Shown here: positions 56,270 to 64,000 of the stretch, in pieces
How positions within the stretch are numbered: position 1 is the stretch's first letter
How the letters are laid out: each line of letters starts with the position of its first letter
Assembly: GCA_000146045.2 (NCBI GenBank)
Contig: BK006946.2
Location: 1-64,000 of the forward strand
DNA: 64,000 nucleotides
Source of the DNA: TPA_inf: Saccharomyces
Taxonomy: Eukaryota
Direction: 5' to 3'
Notes under the pieces: model-generated
Database searches by the model: none
The model's input: the letters and a program-made list of their open reading frames with translations, nothing else
What the model was told of the DNA's origin: nothing
Program-made: the position numbers and the translations under genes

Positions 56270-56751
56270 TAGTAACTGCCCTACTTTCCTGTCAATTCCT
56301 GGGGAATAATGTTTTATTTCTCCTTTACCATAGATTTCAAGATGACAGTTACTTTCGTTCCGAATGACTAGCGCTTGAAAATTTTTCAAACATTTTCCAT
56401 ATTCAATAAGCAAAACAAAGAGCATTTTGATTTGATAACAATTGTTTGGTAGTTTGATCTCATCATCAATCAGAGGTTTTTAACAAATTTATTTTTTGAA
56501 TACATTTCAAAAGGAAATTGCATTTTGTCTTTTTTTTTTTGGGAGAATTTTGTGGGGTATTTCAATCATTGTTCCAACTTTACGTTCCTTTTTTGAATAA
56601 AGACACTTCTTATTATTAACAGGCTTTTATTTGTCAAATAAGATTCATTCAAAATTTCCATAAAGCATTACTTCTGCGATATACTACTAACGGAATTTTG
56701 GTTGCGTATTATTGTGTCTGACATTGTATGAAGGATACACAAAAAAATTAA

Positions 56752-57453
<702 letters not shown>

Positions 57454-57865
57454 AAATCAGTTTTTTAATTAAATGATTTATTTATCTCTTTTAAGAACTA
57501 TTAATCTTAGTTACTACGATACATGCACGCCGCTCATCTATATATGTGTATAAATAGCGTATATTCACACACATATATATAGAGCGAGAGAGTTTTCTTG
57601 TTACTTTTTTCTGTGTTTCGGTACCTCTTGCCTGTAGCTGCTTCAAAACTCTTGGCTTATTGAACTCTGTTTCAACTACAGACGAAATAATACGAATAAT
57701 TGATTTGTCTTGATGTAAAAATTTAAAAGCTGATACAACAAGTCATTTAGCACTTGATCTGAACAAACATCATATTCTTATAGTTCTGCTATTATAATCT
57801 ATTAATATATTAATATATTAATCTCAATATACATATACATATACATAAATGGGTAAAGGAGACAA

Positions 57866-58687
57866 TCATCTTCTAACTACTTTGTACTTATTTTTTGGTG
57901 GCTTGAACGACTTTTCTGCCGCTGTAATCTTAGGAGTTTCGTAAACAGATTTTGTCATTGGGTGGCCCATCAAGAACGGACTATGCAGCGGAACAATCTC
58001 ATTCATTTTGAATCCCTTTACACGTGGAATCTTTTTGAATTCAATATTGTCGAAATCAGGGCCATATGGAATCTCCCTTAAAGATTCAATAGTAGTTGGA
58101 TGTCTTTTCATATACTCCCCAACAGCTTTCATTAATTGCCTCTTTCCACCTTTGAATTTAGTGGCTGCGCCAATTAATTGTCCATTTTCTTTGAAAAGTA
58201 CACGAATTCTACCAGGATTACCAAAATCTTGTGGGTGACATTTTTCACCTTCAAAAATGCATAATATTCCCAATTCACGGACAGCATCTGCCATAGTTTT
58301 AGCCAAAGGATTTTCAACAGCCAACTCCTTAGGAACCCTTCTCCCTTCCTTATGTGATCTGTTTATGTCAAAGTAACATGGATAGAGTACTTGGAATCTT
58401 TTGACTTCTTCTAAATCTTTCTTCGAAATAGCCTCCGAACGTTCAACCTTACCAGTTTTTGGGTTAATAAAACTCAACTGCTCTTTTTCGTTGCTACTAT
58501 TGTTGTTGCTATTACTGTTGTTATTCGTGCCAGGTAAAAATGCAGGGTTCTCTTGGTCCTGGCTCCTTACAACCTTAGGCGTTATCTTGGGAGCGATCGG
58601 CGTCCTCAAAGATGGATCTAACTCGGCCAATTCCATATCAAGGTCGTCGATATCATTGAAATCGTCAATCTCTTCTAATCTAGGCAT
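57866..58687 (-). CDS. SEC65: Signal recognition particle subunit (SRP19 homologue), 273 aa
   Basis: 273-aa ORF with an SRP19-like core ([25 protein letters not shown]) and a poly-Asn stretch. Confidence 0.85.
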   Translation of the reverse strand: MPRLEEIDDFNDIDDLDMELAELDPSLRTPIAPKITPKVVRSQDQENPAFLPGTNNNSNSNNNSSNEKEQLSFINPKTGKVERSEAISKKDLEEVKRFQVLYPCYFDINRSHKEGRRVPKELAVENPLAKTMADAVRELGILCIFEGEKCHPQDFGNPGRIRVLFKENGQLIGAATKFKGGKRQLMKAVGEYMKRHPTTIESLREIPYGPDFDNIEFKKIPRVKGFKMNEIVPLHSPFLMGHPMTKSVYETPKITAAEKSFKPPKNKYKVVRR

Positions 58688-58938
58688 TTTGACTTTATGA
58701 TACTATAGCTTATGGCTTATTTTATTTCTTTTGATTTCGTTAGTTGCTAGCCTGTTGAATATCATTGATATTTTTTTTTTTTTCAGATTACAAAAGCGTG
58801 AAAAATAAATACTTCCCAATTGTTTTAAGAAGAAGTACACAATTTTTAAAGCGGCTGAAGAAGTGTACCAATTTATTTGCTATTGTGACAATTACACTTT
58901 TTTTTTTAGATTGTTCGGTACTTAGTCAAGTTTTATTT

Positions 58939-61900
58939 TCAGTCATTACATATTATGTCCAATAAAATTGCATCAAGAGCTTCCAACAGTAAGCTGGCAT
59001 TTAAATACGGATTCTGTAGCATGGCATGGACCCGGCCAGCAGCTTCATGAGAATCTCTTAGACCAACTACACGACCACAAGTGTCTGCGAAGAGTCTTTG
59101 CAAACTGGTTAAAGCGAGTTGTTCCGTCCGTAACCTTTCACCTTCGCTTCTTGTTGCCTCTGCCGTTTCATTTCTTTTTCTTTCGAACAGACCGTTATCA
59201 CCCCATAGCATATTCTTGAATGTAACTATTGCTTCAAATACTTGATCCTCTGATCTCAATTTTTGAATGCTGACCTTTATATACTTTTCAATAGTGCTCC
59301 CAAGAAGCTGTTGTAAAACGGTAATTATAGCCCTTCCTCTTAACCAACCCGCGTTGGCCTTATTTAAAGCAAAGAGCGAAATAAATAAGTCACATATCTG
59401 TTTAACAAAAGATTTATTTTGCGAATAAAAAGGATAGCCAGAATCGGTGAAAAAATGTCTTTCATCTTCATAGAAATTCAATTCACCGCCGTCTTCAGAG
59501 CTTTGTAAATCAACAACAGAACTGCTATTACTTGTGCTATTACTACTACCAATAGGTTCATGAAGTGGCTCCTCCAGAATATCATCATGCATATATTCCT
59601 TGTTCAGTTTGAATGGGGTAGGATCTGTCAAAAATCTTCTGAAAATGTTATCTTCGCATATTTCAGAAATAGATAATAGTTCTCGCAAGTACTTTTCAAG
59701 TTTTTGCTTTCGTTCCTCATAAAGCAATGTTTTTGTAACATGATATTTCAATGACATTTTCACTTTTGACGGGAACAAATCTTGCAACTGCCTCATCAGA
59801 TCCCTAAAATTCTTTTTCAAATATGTATTTAATTCAAAAAATTCATTATATCTCCTTGCCATATCCCAAGAACTTACCTGCCCATTGTTAAAATGATGGA
59901 TATTGATGATATAATAAGTTATTTCTTTTAGGCCATTACTAGAATTCTCACTGAAGTACGACCTAATGTATATCTTAGTTTTTCTGAACAAACTATTACC
60001 ATTTTCTTGTACCATATATTGCTGTTTCAACAGTTCCTTCATTTCTAGTTCCTTTAATAGGGTTCTTTGTGACTTTTTTAAAATTTTCAACTGCATTTGA
60101 TTGTTGGTCAGATCTGCCTTCAAAATCAAATGCCTTAAAAGTTCAAGCTCTTTCTCAATCTGATCAATTGAAATAGTCAAGGATGCTATATTATCCCTAA
60201 AGTTGTTTGACCCATAAAATTGGCTAGGATTTAGGCCTGAATTCCCGCTGGAAACACTTACTTTCTCCATATTACGTGGGTGATCCAACTGATCCTCGAC
60301 AACAGAAATTTCTGAGGTATTATCGTTTTCATCGTCGAAGAGTTTATCTTTGAAAATGTTGTCATTTTCTGAACCAAAGAGCTGAGAATAACGGGGATTT
60401 GAGCTTATTCTTGATTTATGCGGCTTGGATCCCGATCCATTCACTATATTATCTAAAGCATCTGTGATGCCGGGGTTTGCGAATATTCTGACAGGATTCA
60501 TAAAATCAGTCTTCACATTATCTTTTATTATTTTGTTTTGTTCTGGATTGTTAACACCACCGATTCTACTCAGAAAGTGAGCATATATATCAGTCGAAAT
60601 GATGTGGGACGTTGAAAGCATTTTGAGAAATGAAGGTGTTTTCTTGAAAAGAGGTAAAAATCTATCATCGAGATACTTTATAGCCTCTGTCTGTAGTAGT
60701 AAAACGCTTTTCCGAGCTAGGATAAATGTGTCTTCATCGTTGTTGATTTGAAATGAATTTCTGAAAAGTATTATATTTTTCACTAAACCTTCATCCAGCA
60801 ATTTCATATTTTGCAAGTTATTGTTATGAAAAAACTTTGAAGAAATCTCTTGCAGTTGCATTGTGCTAATTCCTGAATAACCAGAAATTATATCTTCAGA
60901 TGTAGCATCTTCCAAGGGATTTTTGAATGATTCAATTGTTTGCGAATACTCTAAAAATGTTGAACCCTGTGTTTCAGGAACACTGCCTAAAAATGATTCA
61001 AAAAAAGGAAGAAACTCGCTATCGTCTACAATGTCCTTCAATGTGATGGAGGTAAGAAATGAAGCCATTTCCTTCAATACTATTCCATTATCCATATTTA
61101 AATCGGGATAATTAGCCTCTCTTGCAAGCTTTTTGCTTGCCGTATCAATTTCCGAGCCAGGGAACGATAACTTTGATTCAATCAAATTTAAGGAAAGCAG
61201 TAATCGTTTCTTATACTTCAAATTTTCCTTGGTCAAATGTTCATTTTCTTTCAATTGGTATATTTTGAGGGCCAATGAATACGCAACATATTTGATATCA
61301 CTTAAATCCAACAAGGAGTCCAACTGGTTGAGATAATGCTCGAATTGTTTTCCAGTATATTCAGCATTAAGCTCCAATTTTTCACTTGAGGGTTCTCCAA
61401 CATCTTTGTTCGCTACGTCATTCATCACTTTTCTATGATCTTGTAACTCTTTACTCAACATTCTTCTTATCTTGTGAACTTTGTGCTTTTCCTCGAAATA
61501 ATTTTGTGAAAGGCTTACAATTCTTAAATTCCAACTATCTGGATCAGTAAATTTGAAAATTAATGGAGAAATAATGCACGTAGTGAGAACTTCCGTCATT
61601 AATGTGAAAACAAGCAATGAATCTAACTCATCATTATCAAAAAGGTGAGGAAGGAGCCCGATTACAGTTTTCCTTATGGATTTTTCAATTTCTTTCTGAA
61701 GAGCATTCGGCTTCAATGATAATGATTTATGTATTTTGTAATTTTTATTAAACTCAACGGCAATTTGTAGATCGATGTTGGCTGATTTATGCCTTTCAAG
61801 AGTCAAATCGCTTAGCACAGCTTCTCTGGCATCACAAAAAGTGCTGAAATGTTTGTTAAATATAGGCAACAGCTTCAGAACAATCAAGCTGGCACTATCA

Positions 61901-62322
61901 TTCTTCATCAACTTGTCCTTCACCACTAGGAGCGTTTGTAATAATCTCCACTTTATTACTTTGAGGAACTCTGCGTCACTATTCTTATCGATTTTTGTGA
62001 ACCAAGGCTGAACAAAATCTTTAATAATTAAATTAACAATACTCTCTAATTCTTTCCCAATTTGCGCGTTCCCATCTTGTATTAAACCCTCGACAGACTT
62101 CAATTCTTTATCAACATCCACAGTATTCGAACTTTCCGGTACGATATCAACAAATCTTGGCTGAGGTTTCGGTAAATCAGGCAAGGATTTGAAGAATACG
62201 AAGTACGCAAAGATGCAGACATTAAGAAAGAACCCCAGCGAAAAAGTGATTACCGACCATTGTATCATTGATATTAAGTAAAACAAAACTAAAATCAATC
62301 GAAACTGTGGAAACTTAGGCAT
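58939..62322 (-). CDS. MDM1: PX/PXA-domain (sorting-nexin-like) protein required for mitochondrial and nuclear inheritance, 1127 aa
   Basis: The 1127-aa ORF has an N-terminal TM segment, a PXA-like region and a PX-like segment (RRYNEFFELNTYLKKNF). Confidence 0.85.
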   Translation of the reverse strand: MPKFPQFRLILVLFYLISMIQWSVITFSLGFFLNVCIFAYFVFFKSLPDLPKPQPRFVDIVPESSNTVDVDKELKSVEGLIQDGNAQIGKELESIVNLIIKDFVQPWFTKIDKNSDAEFLKVIKWRLLQTLLVVKDKLMKNDSASLIVLKLLPIFNKHFSTFCDAREAVLSDLTLERHKSANIDLQIAVEFNKNYKIHKSLSLKPNALQKEIEKSIRKTVIGLLPHLFDNDELDSLLVFTLMTEVLTTCIISPLIFKFTDPDSWNLRIVSLSQNYFEEKHKVHKIRRMLSKELQDHRKVMNDVANKDVGEPSSEKLELNAEYTGKQFEHYLNQLDSLLDLSDIKYVAYSLALKIYQLKENEHLTKENLKYKKRLLLSLNLIESKLSFPGSEIDTASKKLAREANYPDLNMDNGIVLKEMASFLTSITLKDIVDDSEFLPFFESFLGSVPETQGSTFLEYSQTIESFKNPLEDATSEDIISGYSGISTMQLQEISSKFFHNNNLQNMKLLDEGLVKNIILFRNSFQINNDEDTFILARKSVLLLQTEAIKYLDDRFLPLFKKTPSFLKMLSTSHIISTDIYAHFLSRIGGVNNPEQNKIIKDNVKTDFMNPVRIFANPGITDALDNIVNGSGSKPHKSRISSNPRYSQLFGSENDNIFKDKLFDDENDNTSEISVVEDQLDHPRNMEKVSVSSGNSGLNPSQFYGSNNFRDNIASLTISIDQIEKELELLRHLILKADLTNNQMQLKILKKSQRTLLKELEMKELLKQQYMVQENGNSLFRKTKIYIRSYFSENSSNGLKEITYYIINIHHFNNGQVSSWDMARRYNEFFELNTYLKKNFRDLMRQLQDLFPSKVKMSLKYHVTKTLLYEERKQKLEKYLRELLSISEICEDNIFRRFLTDPTPFKLNKEYMHDDILEEPLHEPIGSSNSTSNSSSVVDLQSSEDGGELNFYEDERHFFTDSGYPFYSQNKSFVKQICDLFISLFALNKANAGWLRGRAIITVLQQLLGSTIEKYIKVSIQKLRSEDQVFEAIVTFKNMLWGDNGLFERKRNETAEATRSEGERLRTEQLALTSLQRLFADTCGRVVGLRDSHEAAGRVHAMLQNPYLNASLLLEALDAILLDIICND

Positions 62323-62581
62323 ACGATATCATATCAGAAGGCACAAACACGCGCACTTATGGCGCTTTCAAAGCATGAGAGTCTTCGGTTAATTTACTTA
62401 TCTTATTGTTTACATATTTTTGAAGTTCGTAAGGCGATGAAAAAAAAAAGTACACAATGGATAGAACTGGGATGGAAAAAGCTCATACAGTCGCAGTCCG
62501 CAGTATAGCAACAAAGGGCCACCCTTGCACTTGCACTGTTCATTATTATATTATGTAGCTTTACATAACCTGCAAAATAAG

Positions 62582-64000
62582 TTAAACGTCCTTAAATAGT
62601 GAATCTTGTAATGCTTTAATGTCTCTGCTGATACCCTTGACGAACTCCAATCTGCTTGATTCATCCTCCAACTGCTGTTGCTCTTCTAAAGTTGTAGGTA
62701 TTATTCTTGAATTCAAGTATTTTGGATGTGTTAGAAACTTGCTTAATGCAGCGCTTAACCTTTTTTTATCATGTTCAGAATCTAGACCAATAACCAATTC
62801 TACAGCTTCTTGTTGATCATCAGAGTTTTTAGGCTGAATAAACAATTCTTGGTAATTTAGCAAGTTTAGCATTTTTTGCAATAAAACCAATTGATTCGTT
62901 TCCTTTATCAACGAACTTGACACTGCTAACTTGTTGTCACCCCAGTTATATATTGTAGATTTTATTTGTTTTCCAAAATATGAAACAAATAGGCACGTCT
63001 CAGGTAAAACCTTGATACCGAACTGACTTAATAGTAGTAGAACAATGGATAACAAACCATTGCTCCAAATGTTGTGCAATCTAGGCGAAAATTCAGGTTT
63101 TATATCACCTTGCTGTATTGCAACAGATAGTGGACTTTCCAATAGAACGCTATACAATCCACTGTTGATGAGTTTTGCAGCAATTGGCTCAATAGAACAC
63201 AATTCGGAGATAAAGGTCAGAGTAATTTGCCCAAGAATTGGTTCATCGTTAATCCTTATCAAATGCGCGCTTGAATATAGGTTCAGTATAACTTTCAAAG
63301 TTCCTACTTCGTTTAGGGATGATGCTAGAATAACATTGAAGTTTTTAGAGGGATTCACATTGGTGATCTTCTTGAAGAGTGATAATAATAACAATAAATC
63401 CTGAGTATTATCCTCCAAGTTGACAATTTGGGTGGTGTGATCGGTGCTTAAACCCCTCGTGGAGCATTTATTGATCTGACATAATATCTCAGACAGTATC
63501 AAATAAACACCCTTACTAAACACTAATTCAAAAAATTCCAGTAGTTGATCAGATATTAATTCGATAAAACGATCTCCTGACGAGACTAACTCGAGAAGAA
63601 CTAAGACAGATCTCAAAAGAGGTCTATAAAAGTTATTTTTTAGTGACTTACCAATATTTTTAATAAAGTCAATCTCACCAGATTTGAAAATTGTAAAAAT
63701 CTTGTTCATCAATTCAATTATCTTTTCTTCCTTCAACAATTTTCCCGACAACTTGAACGAATATAAAATGTAAAACGACAACTCAATTCTTTCCAGATAT
63801 ATTTGGGTAAACATTTGTTTATCTGAACCAAAATCAATATTTAACTTGAGGAAATGCTCTACCAAGTCGACAAAACCATCATTTAACGGAACAGTGCTCC
63901 TCTTCACAAACGTGGTGATTAGTGCGCCCCATGCTTTTGCGGTAGATATTTCGTAATTGACATACTGCAAATTTAATGAAGCGTCTGTTATTTCCTCCTT
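62582..64000 (-). CDS. NUP188: Nucleoporin Nup188, C-terminal portion only; the gene continues beyond the window end
   Basis: The minus-strand ORF is open to the window edge. Its position after MDM1 and the alpha-helical, Leu-rich composition are consistent with the Nup188 C-terminus. Confidence 0.75.
   Translation of the reverse strand, partial: KEEITDASLNLQYVNYEISTAKAWGALITTFVKRSTVPLNDGFVDLVEHFLKLNIDFGSDKQMFTQIYLERIELSFYILYSFKLSGKLLKEEKIIELMNKIFTIFKSGEIDFIKNIGKSLKNNFYRPLLRSVLVLLELVSSGDRFIELISDQLLEFFELVFSKGVYLILSEILCQINKCSTRGLSTDHTTQIVNLEDNTQDLLLLLSLFKKITNVNPSKNFNVILASSLNEVGTLKVILNLYSSAHLIRINDEPILGQITLTFISELCSIEPIAAKLINSGLYSVLLESPLSVAIQQGDIKPEFSPRLHNIWSNGLLSIVLLLLSQFGIKVLPETCLFVSYFGKQIKSTIYNWGDNKLAVSSSLIKETNQLVLLQKMLNLLNYQELFIQPKNSDDQQEAVELVIGLDSEHDKKRLSAALSKFLTHPKYLNSRIIPTTLEEQQQLEDESSRLEFVKGISRDIKALQDSLFKDV

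Overview
This window is the left terminus of Saccharomyces cerevisiae chromosome XIII, corresponding to TEL13L through the 3' part of NUP188. I identified it by recognising the translated ORFs and their order, not by any database search. From 1 to about 6.3 kb the window holds terminal C1-3A/TG1-3 telomeric repeats, one Y' element encoding the intron-containing Y'-Help1 helicase YML133C with an internal 36-nt tandem-repeat array, an interstitial telomeric-repeat block, and an X element (TTAGGG-like Tbf1 sites plus a perfect ARS consensus). Next come the subtelomeric COS3 gene and a 1.8 kb gene-free AT-rich spacer. A densely packed core gene block follows that matches the reference order YML131W through YML103C: YML131W, ERO1, COX14, MSC1, RSC9, ERG13, PGA3, TUB3 (with intron), PHO84, GTR1, NDI1, YML119W, NGL3, NAB6, ATR1, VAN1, TAF8, DAT1, CTK3, BUL2, COQ5, ZDS2, YML108W, PML39, URA5, SEC65, MDM1 and partial NUP188. 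Gene spacing and ORF lengths match the reference layout as I remember it. I see no inserted foreign cassette, Ty/LTR, tRNA gene, rRNA or CRISPR array, and no compelling evidence of a novel system. The most notable sequence-level features are the Y' 36-nt VNTR, a non-canonical GCATGT 5' splice site in the Y' helicase intron, five Pho4 E-boxes at canonical positions in the PHO84 promoter, and DAT1 (an oligo(dA:dT)-binding protein) carrying its own T13/T12/A12 tracts upstream. Also notable are a polyglutamine CAA/CAG tract in DAT1, an in-frame upstream ATG extension of PML39, and candidate SRE and UPRE motifs upstream of ERG13 and ERO1. Several ORF-track starts use TTG/GTG alternative start codons translated as M; I trimmed these to the first real ATG.
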